A DNA stretch of 64,000 nucleotides from Nitrosopumilaceae archaeon. Its GTDB lineage: Archaea > Thermoproteota > Nitrososphaeria > Nitrososphaerales > Nitrosopumilaceae. Of the stretch, positions 1-10,711 are shown piece after piece; within the stretch, counting starts at the first letter, position 1; each line of letters starts with the position of its first letter. The notes beneath the pieces are model-generated. The model had not been told where the DNA came from. It made no database searches and was given only the letters and a program-made list of their open reading frames with translations. Position numbers and translations under genes: made by a program. The stretch spans positions 320,001 to 384,000 of the forward strand of contig CBDATR010000010.1 in assembly GCA_965200155.1 (NCBI GenBank), written 5' to 3'.

Positions 1-41
1 GCCAAGTGTTTGCCATCGACACCGCGATCAACGCCGGTTTG
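1..41 (-). pseudogene. Fragment of a TnpB-like gene (RuvC-I region), running off the window start
   Basis: The reverse complement ACCGGCGTTGATCGCGGTGTCGATGGCAAACACTTGGC closely resembles 48943-48987 (TGVIRGMGVGGKHLA) of the TnpB pseudogene. Confidence 0.6.
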
Positions 42-1159
42 TAGTTTGTTGCATAACTGACTTTGATAGAACACAGGTTCGCTATGTCGTGATCTAATTT
101 TCTACGCTGCAACCGCGTCCACCTATTTGTTGTACTTGGCTACCCTCATTGCGATTTCCTGTACTATTCCCATCTTCGCGACTATACTACGTGCCCGAAT
201 ACTCGCTTGAATGAGAACACCGCTTTATTATGATATCAATTGCCCATCGCTTGTCATGCCGCCTTCCAGTTGTTTGTTTTCGGTTTTACCCTCTGACATG
301 AGGCAGTTGTACACTTTTTGGCTTTCGCCCAGCTGATCCCGGACTGCAATCCCCGACGCTCACCTTTCCCTTGCATGATGGAATTCAGCCAAACCGGAAA
401 CTCTGCTGGAGTTCGCGATTCTGACAAATATCATGTTATTCCTGTACGCGTATGCCCATCCGTTAGTAGCCCCTTGTACGCGTGCTTTTGTTCATCAGAC
501 ATTTGTAATGTCAGGCGTGACTTGCCAACATCCGGCTGCTTCTAATTTTAATCTGGTAATTTCAGCAGCCCACCAGCTCCCTTAGTATCGGTGGGTCGCC
601 GGTTTGCTCATCCGTGACTGCGGTTGCATGGATTAGTACGCTTTCCTCATCCACCAGCACGTGCAGCTTGCTGAATCTCCGTTTCACCTTCCATTCGTAG
701 TCAATCCATTCACCACAGCTACACATTTCCAGTTCGATGGAGTCGACAATCATGGTCCATGTTTTATCGCGATTGGTACAGGCAACTAGGCGAGTCGCCA
801 TTATCTATGTTGACATCAAGGTCTTGCATACGCCGGCATATTGTAGAGTAGTGTGAGGATTTGTATCCGTTGTGCATCATAAAAAAAGCCGGATAGCTAT
901 GTCTGTTTCTCATATTTGTTGCGACATACATGGCGCCGACAACAATTATCTGGGCATCCAAATGGCGCACCCTCCACGAGGTATTGGGCCCAAATACATT
1001 CCCACTGGACATATTCGACGTTGTCAATAAATATTATCAAGTTTGTTGAAATATTCTCAGAAATTAATGCTTGGATCTAAGACTAACAAAGTGAGCAGGA
1101 ATTCGTAAACTTTCTCATCAGTGCAATTTTATTACATGATTGAGTTATGCAACAAACTA
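42..1159 (-). mobile_element. Decayed IS5-family (IS903-like) element with frameshifted transposase
   Basis: Perfect 17-bp TIR TAGTTTGTTGCATAACT (42-58 / 1143-1159). ORF 562-801 has VDS..GEW..WK.KRRFSKLHVLVD, typical of IS903-group transposases. No TSD visible. Confidence 0.85.
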
Positions 1160-1162
1160 TAT

Positions 1163-1194
1163 CTACCCGGCAAGGAGTTATGGCGGGCGCTATA
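1163..1194 (-). mobile_element. Left end of a second TIR-TnpB element (reverse orientation)
   Basis: CTACCCGGCAAGGAGTTATGGCGGGCGCTATA resembles the reverse complement of 48217-48248 (TATAGCGTCCACCATAAGTCTTTGCCGGGTAT). Confidence 0.65.
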
Positions 1195-1272
1195 CCATAA
1201 GTCTATGGTATGCAAGACGGGTACTTGACAAATACAGAATTTGTCATCCAGAGATTTATGGCGGGCGCTATA
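1191..1272. mobile_element. Degenerate family-C MITE (TATAGCG..CCATAAG-type TIRs)
   Basis: TATACCATAAGTCT...GATTTATGGCGGGCGCTATA, with an interior similar to 7407-7498. Confidence 0.6.
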
Positions 1273-1583
1273 AATCCACCATATTCTAAAATGACTACTA
1301 GAATAGTGCATTACGCCTCTACTGCACGGGTATTACATAGTACAGAACAAGATTCCGCACACTGACTCTGGGAATACTGGTGGCCTATCCTAACAAAAGC
1401 GTGAATGTTATCTTTGGAGAGCTAAACGGCTATGCCTGCACGGCATTGTGGATATGTGAGTTCGACTGACACCTATCTGCGCATGTCTAATAGCAATGAC
1501 CTGTATGATTTGAGTACGGGATTGGATATACTGACAGATACCATACCTAAAATTTAAGAACGGCCATAGAAACATTTGCACTG

Positions 1584-2462
1584 TTGCCTGGAATCACCAT
1601 ATTATCGGGTACATCCTCAACTGACTTGGCCCAAAAACTGGCCAGCAGATTAGGTGTGGATTTACTCAACTGTGATATCCGGGTGTTTCCTGACGGTGAG
1701 TCCAAACTAACAATTCCACAAATGCCTCATGGCCATTGCATTCTAGTCCACTCCACAGGTCCCCCATCAGATACGAACTTGGTTCACCTCCTCTCCATTA
1801 TACACAAGATACACAATCATGTGGATAAAATAACGGTCATAATCCCGTATCTTGGCTATGCCAGACAAGACAAAGAATTCGTGGCCGGTGAGGTAGTTAC
1901 TCTCAAAGTTGTAGCCAATATACTCCGGGGGACAAACATTGATCGTATAATAACCATAGATATACACAGCATGGTGGGCTTGGAGTATTTCCATAATGCC
2001 ACTAATCTGACAGCAACCCCGGAGTTGGCGCGGTACTTTGGTACAAAGAGTCTGGAGAGGCCCATATGTGTGTCTCCGGACCGTGGTGGCCGGGAGAGAG
2101 CTGCTTCATTCGCGTACATATTGGGAATAGAGAGTCTAGCCTTAAACAAGATACGGGATCGTGATACCGGCGCCGTTACCATAAAGAACGACAATGTGGA
2201 TGTTTCTGGTCGTGATGTGATACTGGTGGATGATATGATAAGTACGGGTGGTAGCGTGATCAAGGCTACTGCATTTCTCAAGGAACAGGGGTGTGGTAGG
2301 GTTTTTGTTGCATGCACCCATGCTTTAATGGTAGACAAGGCGTCTCGCAAAATAATCGATGCGGGAGCGGCAGAGATAGTTAGTACAAACACGGTACCCG
2401 GCAACACGGCCGTTGTAGACATGTCTGGTGCTATACACAAAGCCTTGATAAAGAATCAATAA
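1584..2462 (+). CDS. prs: Ribose-phosphate pyrophosphokinase
   Basis: FPDGE, PYLGYARQDK, VSPDRGG and VILVDDMISTGGS motifs. Confidence 0.97.
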   Translation: MPGITILSGTSSTDLAQKLASRLGVDLLNCDIRVFPDGESKLTIPQMPHGHCILVHSTGPPSDTNLVHLLSIIHKIHNHVDKITVIIPYLGYARQDKEFVAGEVVTLKVVANILRGTNIDRIITIDIHSMVGLEYFHNATNLTATPELARYFGTKSLERPICVSPDRGGRERAASFAYILGIESLALNKIRDRDTGAVTIKNDNVDVSGRDVILVDDMISTGGSVIKATAFLKEQGCGRVFVACTHALMVDKASRKIIDAGAAEIVSTNTVPGNTAVVDMSGAIHKALIKNQ

Positions 2463-2487
2463 TAATCAGAATTAATGGGTGAGGGAC

Positions 2488-3618
2488 ATGGTGAAAAGCA
2501 ATTATGAAATATTGGGAATAGAGGAAGAGGCTACACCCAAAGATATACGTAATGCATTCCGTCGGTTGGCACTACAAGCACACTCTGACAGGGGGGGCAC
2601 CAGTACCGAGTTCATAAAGATAAAACAAGCCTATGAGGATCTAAAGGTAGGCAAGAAATATCCGGACACCCCACTAGAAAAACTTCGAAACTCGCGTGTA
2701 TTCTCTGGAGATACAGACGCAGAGATTAGGCGGAGGAACGAGGTTATAGGTCAGGAACTGAGTGCAGAGATGAGGGCAGCTCAGGAATGGGCTGGTGCAA
2801 TTTATCGCAGTGGTATAACCGGGAGCAGAATGTTTGGCTCAAAAACTATGGGAGAGATGGAGTTTGAGGTAAAAGACAACAGGACACTATTCATGAAGGG
2901 AAACTATATGGCCGGGAGTCTAAAGTATTCCGGTCCTGTATTGCTTCAAGGTAACATTTCCAGTCCATCATGGACAAACGAGTTTCGGACTAACATTGTT
3001 GTCGGTGATGGAGACTTTAAGCTTCTCAACCCCTTGGTGAATGGATACCGAATCGAGAATGGAGCCTCTATCACATCTCATACTGGCAATATTGTGATGG
3101 GTAATGTCTTTGGGAGAAAGTTTAGGGTTGAGGATCCCGGTGGGCGCGTGGGCGTATACACGATCCGGGAACACCGTACTCATCTACTGGCTCCTAGAGG
3201 GCGCGTTATCGTTGAAAATGCAGTAAACACCGTACTCCTAGAGGGTGATGTCGTAATAATTCTCAATCTGGAAGATGATGTCGTGATATCTGGACGTGAG
3301 ATTCTCATATATGGTAATAAGATGACTTACGACTGCATTATACGACTAAAGGCCGGTGGCATGATACGATTCTTTGAAACAAACTCCTTTGTGGGGCTGA
3401 GCGATGATGCTATAATAGAGTTGGATAACGGAAAACGGCTGTATCTTCGTGACATAAAGTCAAAAAAGATACACAGATTGGCTGAGGGATTGGTGACAAA
3501 TTTGGGTCAATATGACAAAAACCAAACCATGGTGGGTGGAGGTTTCTCCATAACATATGACATGCTGGATAGTGTGGCAAGGAACCCCGGTAAAAAACGC
3601 AAGATTTTTGGTGTATGA
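2488..3618 (+). CDS. J-domain (DnaJ-like) protein with thaumarchaeal C-terminal region
   Basis: N-terminal NYEILG...IRNAFRRLALQAHSDRGG J-domain, with HSD in place of HPD. Start placed at ATG 2488. Confidence 0.85.
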   Translation: MVKSNYEILGIEEEATPKDIRNAFRRLALQAHSDRGGTSTEFIKIKQAYEDLKVGKKYPDTPLEKLRNSRVFSGDTDAEIRRRNEVIGQELSAEMRAAQEWAGAIYRSGITGSRMFGSKTMGEMEFEVKDNRTLFMKGNYMAGSLKYSGPVLLQGNISSPSWTNEFRTNIVVGDGDFKLLNPLVNGYRIENGASITSHTGNIVMGNVFGRKFRVEDPGGRVGVYTIREHRTHLLAPRGRVIVENAVNTVLLEGDVVIILNLEDDVVISGREILIYGNKMTYDCIIRLKAGGMIRFFETNSFVGLSDDAIIELDNGKRLYLRDIKSKKIHRLAEGLVTNLGQYDKNQTMVGGGFSITYDMLDSVARNPGKKRKIFGV

Positions 3619-3735
3619 TTTTATACCATTTGAACAGAGTTACATCTGCTGCCATATTCAGTATAGTGTTAACAGCCAGATCAAAGACCATCGTAGATGA
3701 CATTTCCTAAGTCCTTCTCGGATAGCACATTGGCG

Positions 3736-4027
3736 GGTAATTGCTTAAGTCACTCTTTCATTTACCACCAAAGCAGAGACTAAATCCTGTTATTTCGTAT
3801 GAGTTCACCTGTGTTTAAATTTACGCATAACTGATCGCGACAGTTAATGTGATTTGTGCACAAGATTCCGGAAGACGTGAACTCATACGTTATTTCACTA
3901 CACGACATTTGCATAGCAATGTAGCACAGGACTGGCAAGGATCATTCCCTATCGGTTTGGAACGCTTATGTTTGACGGATTTTGTGTTATGAAAACATAC
4001 CTCAATTCGGAGCGACCTAAATGGTTA
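3736..4027. mobile_element. Family-B MITE relic (GTAACCGTTTAGGTC-type ends) carrying a nested family-A MITE
   Basis: Ends GTAATTGCTTAAGTCACTC / GGAGCGACCTAAATGGTTA. Interior similar to 23140-23305 and 54547-54705. Confidence 0.6.
3797..3888 (+). mobile_element. Family-A MITE (92 bp, IS66-type TIR GTATGAGTTCAC)
   Basis: TIRs GTATGAGTTCAC/GTGAACTCATAC, 8-bp TSD GTTATTTC. Confidence 0.95.
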
Positions 4028-4107
4028 TCATTAGTGGTATGCTCTTTGTCAAAATTTACGTACCGTGATTTATGTACGTGATTGGGAAAGACGTGAACTC
4101 ATATTTT

Positions 4108-4199
4108 GTATGAGTTCACGTCTTCCGGAATCTTGTGCACAAATCACATTAACTGTCGCGATCAGTTGTGCGTAAATTTAGACACAGGTGAACTCATAC
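4108..4199 (-). mobile_element. Family-A MITE
   Basis: 92 bp, TSD CATATTTT, inserted at the end of an older degenerate copy (..AAGACGTGAACTCATA at ~4088-4103). Confidence 0.95.
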
Positions 4200-4209
4200 C
4201 ATATTTTGT

Positions 4210-4749
4210 CTAGAATCCGGGGAGCATAACTCCTGCATCGCGGACCATCTCTATCATCTGATGCTCTATTAGACCTCCACCTAGGAGCAATCCTGCCACC
4301 ATGCCTACTTCTATGAGAATATTCCTCAAGTCTTTCTTTATTCCTTCACGCCTGATTATCATTATGGTGAGCAATAAACTCCTAGAACTTGCAATTGAGT
4401 AAGCCGTTAGTTCCATTATACCGAATGGTGTTAGGAACAATATTGACAGTGGCTGAATGTCGATCAGTAAGGGGTTTAGTGTAGCTAGAGCTGCAAACGT
4501 AAAACCGGTGGACCAGGCAGAGAAGAGACTAAGGGCTACACCGAAACCGGGTACAAACATGGGAAGTGCCAATGTTGTGTTATGAAAGAATATCCCAGCA
4601 CCGTCAATTCCATCTATAATCTCCATAAACTCATCTACCAGCGCCTGGGCCTGCTCGGGTGTATGCTCGTGCATGGTTCCGGCATAAAATGTGATGGCAA
4701 AGAGTCCCATCATCCCAAAGAAAGTAACAATCCTCCACACAACCCTCAC
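4210..4749 (-). CDS. SpoIIM-family (DUF95) membrane protein
   Basis: GIFFHNT..ALPMFVPGFG, PFGIMELTAY and LIE motifs, multiple TM segments. Confidence 0.85.
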   Translation of the reverse strand: MRVVWRIVTFFGMMGLFAITFYAGTMHEHTPEQAQALVDEFMEIIDGIDGAGIFFHNTTLALPMFVPGFGVALSLFSAWSTGFTFAALATLNPLLIDIQPLSILFLTPFGIMELTAYSIASSRSLLLTIMIIRREGIKKDLRNILIEVGMVAGLLLGGGLIEHQMIEMVRDAGVMLPGF

Positions 4750-4826
4750 TCCTAAAATGATATATTTGAACTCATACGGACCGTTTCACGAACGTGATTG
4801 GACTGGCCACATCCGGGATTCATTCA

Positions 4827-4949
4827 GTAACCGTTAAGGTGGCGTAAAAGATCAGACATCTATACATGGGCATATGTGTGACAAAAAAACAAGAGTGGTA
4901 TGTTGCAGTGTATCTCAAACAGTTGTCTAGGGGTGACCTAAACGGTTAC
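4827..4949. mobile_element. Family-B MITE
   Basis: GTAACCGTTAAGGT...GACCTAAACGGTTAC ends, interior resembles the reverse complement of 41214-41354. Confidence 0.7.
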
Positions 4950-5128
4950 CCGTCACCAATGGCACACCTATTCAATAATTAGAAAAAATACAGTAGTCAC
5001 TAGCATGCCTGCGCCTCGTCATGCGAACCTAAACCATACTATTTGTCACGTAGCGCCGGTACCGGCGTCGTACGTAAATCTAGACACTCATACTGCCAAG
5101 CCATTGATGGGAAAAACAGGGTTCGGCC

Positions 5129-6055
5129 TCATACCTTTGAAATCTTGCCATCAATGTCCAGTTTTTTCTGCATTAGTACAACACCATTTCGTATAGTAAC
5201 ATCGCTAACTCCCGTAATTCTTGATAGTGTCCTCTGTGTTACCCGTTCTTCTGTAATTAGGCATGCGATATAGATTGCCGCCGCAGCCATAGCCATGGGG
5301 TGCTTGCCTGCAGTAAGCAGCTTCTTTTCACTTTGCACAAGTATGTCTAGGGCATGTCGTTTCGTGATCTCGGAGAGGTTTATGTTGTTGGCTATCTTTG
5401 TTACAAACGAGGATATTTCATATTGATTTAGGCGAATATCCAACTTTTTGAGTATTACGCGCACATCCCGGAGTAGCACTTTTCTTTCAACATTAGTAAC
5501 TGCCAACATGTCATCCAAAGTTCTTGGTGTGTCACTTTCTCTGCAGGCTATGTATAACGAAGCAACAGTCAATGAAGTTATAGTTCTGCCTCGTGTAAGT
5601 CCGGCCGACACAGTTTTGCGGTATATGTAGGCAGCTCGTTCTACCACATTATTGGGTATGGCAAGTTTGGTCTTCATTGAATGCAACAGAGTAAATGCTT
5701 TACTTAGTGTGGCAGCCGAGCGTGACTTACTCCTCTGATCCCACATTCTAAGTCGTGTAAACTTGTTTTTGGTTTTAATGGAGAGTGTATTACCACCAGA
5801 GTCCCTATTATTTCCTATTATGGTGGACAGACCATTATCGTGCATTACAATAGAAGTACGAGGACCAGTGCGTGTTTGTGCACTAAATTCTTCTGCCGTA
5901 TGCGCCGCGGTATCGTGGGAAATGTCCGGCATATAATCAATCATTATAGTTCCACATCCTTCACAGAATACCTCGCCTCGCTCTTCATCTGTAACATATG
6001 AGGAATTACAGGATGCATCTGAGCACTTTCCAAAATTATCATCATATAATGCCAT
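5129..6055 (-). CDS. tfb: Transcription initiation factor IIB
   Basis: Zn ribbon (C..C...D.ERGEVFCEGCG), RTGP..MHDNGLST, two cyclin repeats, TRGRTI and GVSDVTIRN. Confidence 0.95.
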   Translation of the reverse strand: MALYDDNFGKCSDASCNSSYVTDEERGEVFCEGCGTIMIDYMPDISHDTAAHTAEEFSAQTRTGPRTSIVMHDNGLSTIIGNNRDSGGNTLSIKTKNKFTRLRMWDQRSKSRSAATLSKAFTLLHSMKTKLAIPNNVVERAAYIYRKTVSAGLTRGRTITSLTVASLYIACRESDTPRTLDDMLAVTNVERKVLLRDVRVILKKLDIRLNQYEISSFVTKIANNINLSEITKRHALDILVQSEKKLLTAGKHPMAMAAAAIYIACLITEERVTQRTLSRITGVSDVTIRNGVVLMQKKLDIDGKISKV

Positions 6056-6472
6056 AGGTATATTATATACCACTCCGTCATATAAAAACGGCAGTTTATA
6101 GGCTAAAATTTACCAAAAATTAATAATTGCAGTAAAAATTGCAAATTACTTACTATGAAGTATATTCAAATGGGTCAGGGAATCCAAAGTAGCAAGTTTT
6201 GTGTGTGATCGTTGAGCTTTGTAGACCGATTTGCATAATGACCAATTTTGCTAGACGAAACATTCTAAATAAGTTTTATGTAATGTATAAAAAGTCGGTC
6301 CGCTAGTCATTGGCATCCTGCTCCATCCATTTTGCATCATTTGCCCTAATTGTTTGGGTTGCCTTTTTATTACTGAAGCGGTGTCTCGCCGTTATCTATA
6401 TCCAGTGAGAAGTGCAATCTTCTCTCATTGTAGTAGTCTACATAATCCCGGAGACTGTAATAATGCCATATC

Positions 6473-6564
6473 GTATGAGTTCACCTATGTCTAAATTTAC
6501 GCACAACTGATCGCGACAGTTAATGTGATTTGTGCACAAGATTCCGGAAGACGTGAACTAATAC
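6473..6564 (+). mobile_element. Family-A MITE nested in the IS481-like element
   Basis: 92 bp, near-TSD GCCATATC/ACCATATC. Confidence 0.93.
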
Positions 6565-6756
6565 ACCATATCTCGTCCTCAATCGTTCTATGGAAGCGCT
6601 CCAGTTTACCATTTGTCTGCGGGTGGCATGGCCTGGAATTGATTAGTATGATGTCTTGATCCAGCAGTTCTTCCTAGCATAGCGTGGGTTTCCAGCTTTT
6701 CTTGCCCTTTTATTGTCCTACGAAACACGCGCCGTTATCAGATAGCATGGATGCAG

Positions 6757-6864
6757 GGGCGCCGAATCGTTTCGTTGCCCGTCTCAGTAATATGCCATAT
6801 CCTTGTAACGAACCATGATTGGAACAAAGGGCGCCGAATCGTTTCATTGCTAGTCTCAGTAATA
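6757..6864. repeat. 36-bp direct repeat flanking a 36-bp unique insert
   Basis: GGGCGCCGAATCGTTTC(G/A)TTGC(CC/TA)GTCTCAGTAATA at 6757-6792 and 6829-6864. The paralogous IS has a single copy at 16900-16935. Confidence 0.9.
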
Positions 6865-7406
6865 GAACGGCGTTCTCTGAGGTTGCATGCTCAAATAGTG
6901 CCGCCCCGACGATGCATCATCTATGAGATTCAGTCCCTCGAAGCGCTCATCTTTCATGACATGCCAGTGCCACATTGCATTGGAATATTTACGCTCATAG
7001 TGTACCCACTCTGACTTTGCAGGTGATGATCCTGCCGTACCGTTCTTTTTCATTATGCGATATACTGCGCGATATATTGTCATTCTGTCTAAGCCTCTTT
7101 GCAATACGTACTACTCCGGCGGGATCCTTGCTGTATGCTTCAGTTACCATTCGTATCTGGGTGGCGGTGATTGGTATCATGGGCCTGCCTATCTTTACTC
7201 GAGTCGTTCCCGTCCTCTGGTTCACAATCTTCGTACGTGTCTTGTTTCAGGTCTTGAGCTATTTTGGTTGTGGCAACGCCTCTTTTGTCTTGATTCCTCT
7301 GTTATTCTCTTTACCATCTGGCTTGTGCAATCTGGACTACTGTACGCCGGATCCTAAGCGGACTTTTCGTACTATTGATAGTAAAATAACAGGATTTGGT
7401 AGCACA

Positions 7407-7498
7407 TATAGCGAACACCATAAGTCTTTGACATGAAGGACGGGGATTGTATGTCAGATGTAGGATTTGTTACCGAGAAACTTATGGTGACCGCTATA
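7407..7498. mobile_element. Family-C MITE sharing TIRs with the TnpB element
   Basis: TATAGCGAACACCATAAGTCTTTG ... AAACTTATGGTGACCGCTATA, TA at both ends, located in a family-B relic (7379-7530). Confidence 0.8.
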
Positions 7499-7781
7499 GG
7501 AGAAATTACTTAGTCGACCTAGACGGTTACTCCCACCCCAGTTACACACAAATCATACCAATAGCCTTTGCATAATAATCCCCTATAACGTCACAATTTT
7601 TAGACCAAGCCACTATTGAGCGGCAGTTTTACATTGTATGCAACTTGTACACACAATCTGAAAGTCAAAGTAGTAGTGATCTGAGTTCGCGTATTGCCAA
7701 TCCTGTGCATGAATGGAGTATGTGTGAACCCATGCAATAATTCATGTACGATACATATAGACGCCTATGAATTAGGGAGTA

Positions 7782-8495
7782 ATGGGGGTTCGCATAATGG
7801 AGGTATTTACCTCTGTGGAAGGGGAAGGTATACTCTATGGTACAAAAACCCTTTTTGTCAGGCTAGCCGGATGCCCCTTCTCCTGCGGTTACTGTGATAC
7901 AGTGGAGGCTCTACCAGCCGATTCAGGAGAGGAGTATGAGATAGACGAGGCCAAAGCGTTGGTGGACGATAATCTCCAGCAACACACCTACAAGGTCAAC
8001 TTTACCGGTGGCGAACCCCTAGTACAACACAGGTCTGTTGCTATATTGGCGAAGCATGTAAGAGACAGGGGCATTCCCACATACCTGGAATCATCTTGTT
8101 TTAGTGCGTCGCGTTTTAGGCATGTGTTGCCACATATGGACTATATCAAGATAGAATTCAAGACGCCAGAATCAGGATTTGTAGGTGCAGAAGAACACGA
8201 CTCACTGCAAAACGAGGCCATGTTGTGCCTTAAGGAGTCCATTAAGGCAGGCAGGACTACCTATGTCAAAGTCGTGGTAGGGGAACAGACCACACTCAAA
8301 TACATACAGGCGCTGGTGCGCGACGTATTTGATGCAATATCTGCGCATAGACTGGCAGGTTTTACCATACAGCCGGTTTATGGCGCCGGAGCGCCGTCTC
8401 TGGCCTTGTTGCTACAGATGTATGACATTGTGCATTCACTATACCCCGATGTGCGTATATTGCCCCAAATGCACAAATATTTAGGGGCACCATAG
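7782..8495 (+). CDS. queE: 7-carboxy-7-deazaguanine synthase (radical SAM)
   Basis: EVFTSVEGEG, FVRLAGCPFSCGYCDT, TGGEP and C-terminal PQMHK. Confidence 0.93.
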   Translation: MGVRIMEVFTSVEGEGILYGTKTLFVRLAGCPFSCGYCDTVEALPADSGEEYEIDEAKALVDDNLQQHTYKVNFTGGEPLVQHRSVAILAKHVRDRGIPTYLESSCFSASRFRHVLPHMDYIKIEFKTPESGFVGAEEHDSLQNEAMLCLKESIKAGRTTYVKVVVGEQTTLKYIQALVRDVFDAISAHRLAGFTIQPVYGAGAPSLALLLQMYDIVHSLYPDVRILPQMHKYLGAP

Positions 8496-8836
8496 CGGTA
8501 CGAGTTCACCTCTAATTATGCATCGATGATACAGTGTCCAAAATTAGACGCAGGTTTATCAAAGATTATCATGTTTTGTTGCACAGATTAAATGGAAGAA
8601 AACAGCCTTGAGTCAGAGACCGAACTGCCTGCAAGAGACTTGTGCAAATTTTAGACCCCGTGAGCCATAGACACGTCAAGCCAGACTACTTTCAATGTAG
8701 GACGTCGTACATGGGAGTCTACTAGAATAGACCTTATGCGCATGATTGACAGTAACAGCCTAGGTTGCTTCAAACTGGGGTGTATTTTATGGCACACAAT
8801 CAGTCAAGCATGAACAATGTGAATGGCACCTGCCAG

Positions 8837-9166
8837 GTATGAGTTCACGTGTTTTGATCATTCACTAAGATGTATAGATTGGTATGACAATATTTTGCTT
8901 AAATACTAAATTTGCAATAAGAATCTAATGAGAAGACGCCGGTCCTATAAGGAATTGGAACTGAAAAATCGTATGAGTTCACGTCTTCCGGAATCTTGTA
9001 CACAAATCACATTAACTGTCGCGATCAGTTATGCGTAAATTTAGACACAGGTGAACTCATACCCTGTGTCTTCTCATTATTCTTATTACAAATTTTGTAT
9101 TTAAGCAAAATATTGCCATACCAATCTATACATCTTAGTGAATGATCAAAACACGTGAACTCATAC
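8837..9166. mobile_element. Foldback composite: IS66 left end + family-A MITE + inverted IS66 left end
   Basis: Both arms match the left end at 31920-32037 and 35178-35300. Outer 8-bp TSD CCTGCCAG. Confidence 0.9.
8971..9062 (-). mobile_element. Family-A MITE (centre of the foldback composite)
   Basis: 92-bp consensus, no TSD of its own. Confidence 0.93.
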
Positions 9167-9339
9167 CCTGCCAGCGCTAACGTATGCCGTGATTGCAAAT
9201 ATCGTGTAGTGGGGTGACCGGATCTTGATGACGTATATCATGTGATCTAAACGGTTACCACAAAACCCATTAATTTAGTGGATTTTCTGATGAGTAATAT
9301 TCGAATTATAATATCATGGAAATTATGGACAGATATTTT

Positions 9340-9431
9340 GTATGAGTTCATCTGTGTCTAAATCTACGCATAACTGATCGCGACAGTTAATGTGATTTGT
9401 GCATAAGATTCCGGAAGGCGTGAACTCATAC
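9340..9431 (+). mobile_element. Family-A MITE
   Basis: TSD GATATTTT, truncates the IS5 transposase C-terminus. Confidence 0.95.
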
Positions 9432-10600
9432 GATATTTTTCAGAAATTTCTTGTACCTGTTATGCTTGTGCATAATGTGCAAATTATGCAACCCGGATAC
9501 TACGAGTAGATCTTCCCGAAATTCCTCACGACTGCCATCATATACCTGACTTAATCTACGATATACCTTGAGCATACGTATGACATGCTCGATTAATATG
9601 CGCCTTTTTGACACAGTTTGGTTGTATTTCCTTTCAGTTTTAGTGAGTGATTCCCCGCCCTTGTATGAAATTATGACCTCTGCGCCGGGTAGGAAGTCTT
9701 TCATCTCCTGGTATCCTGCATCTACAACTACTGTTATCTTATCAGATGGCGGCGTGGTTTATTCTTCTAGGGACTTACCACCGAGGGGAATATCATGAAT
9801 ACGCCATAATCGTGTCTTTTTCCCTCATATACTCCACTGATGTGAATTATCAGTCTTGTTTGATGTTATCTGTACGTTGTATGGGTGGGTTTTTTGTTTA
9901 CCAGTGTACATTGCCTCCTGATTTTTTTCAGGATGCTGTACGCGTACATGTGTCCCGTCAGTCTTTATCTCCACTCCGGCTCGACCGGGAACAATTTCCT
10001 TAAAGTCGGGTGTTGACTTGATTTGTGATATTGCTTTTGCAACGGTATCGGCCGTTGGGAGTATCTTGATCAGTCCCTGCTTTGTAAACTGGATGTAACG
10101 GCATATGTTTGACTGGTTTATCTTGAGTATAGATGCCAGCAGCTCCTGCTTTGTATTGCAGCGCAGGCGTATCAGTGTAACTAAGAGTACATGCCTGACC
10201 GGAAATTTGTTCACGTGCCCGCGTTCATTTGTAAGTTCTAAGAATCGCCGTGCATCATCGCCTTCCAGGGACTCTACGTATTCTGTGAATCTGGTTAGTA
10301 TCCATTTGAACTCTTCCGGGGTGCATCCGGTCAGGAAATGAAGCTGATCCTTGCGTTCTATGATGTCATCGAGATTTGAAACGAGGGCATTCTTTGTGAG
10401 CTTCAAGTTTGCCATGCAGGTTGTATGAGTTCACGTCTTCCGGAATCTTATGCACAAATCACATTAACTGTCGCGATCAGTTATGCGTAAATTTAGACAC
10501 AGGTGAACTCACACCGCAGGTTTGTTACTTCGGCCTCGGTGCGTAGCCGGTTGTACTCTGTGACTAACTGCTCCTTGGTGAGTTCTTCTGCTTTTAGCAT
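9432..10600 (-). pseudogene. IS5-family transposase pseudogene (HTH_Tnp_4 + DDE_Tnp_4)
   Basis: LTGCTPEEF, LLVTLIRLR, TDGTH, YTGKQKTH, D(A)GYQ and RRILIEHVIRMLK motifs. Frameshifts and MITE interruption. Confidence 0.88.
10423..10514 (-). mobile_element. Family-A MITE
   Basis: Near-TSD TGCAGGTT/CGCAGGTT, interrupts the transposase 5' end. Confidence 0.93.
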
Positions 10601-10619
10601 ACCTGGTACTACAAAATTA

Positions 10620-10711
10620 GTATGAGTTCACGTCTTCCGGAATCTTGTGCACAAATCACATTAACTGTCGCGATCAGTTGTGCGTAAATTTAGACACAGG
10701 TGAACTCATAC
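10620..10711 (-). mobile_element. Family-A MITE
   Basis: TSD CAAAATTA. Confidence 0.95.

Larger units (their letters stand above)
6279..7378 (-). mobile_element. IS481-like (rve/DDE) element, frameshifted
   Basis: End TGTAATGTATAAAAAGTCGG with imperfect partner TCAATAGTACGAAAAGTCCG. Fragments YERKYSNAMWH and PQTNGKLER. Colinear with 16374-17301. Confidence 0.85.
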
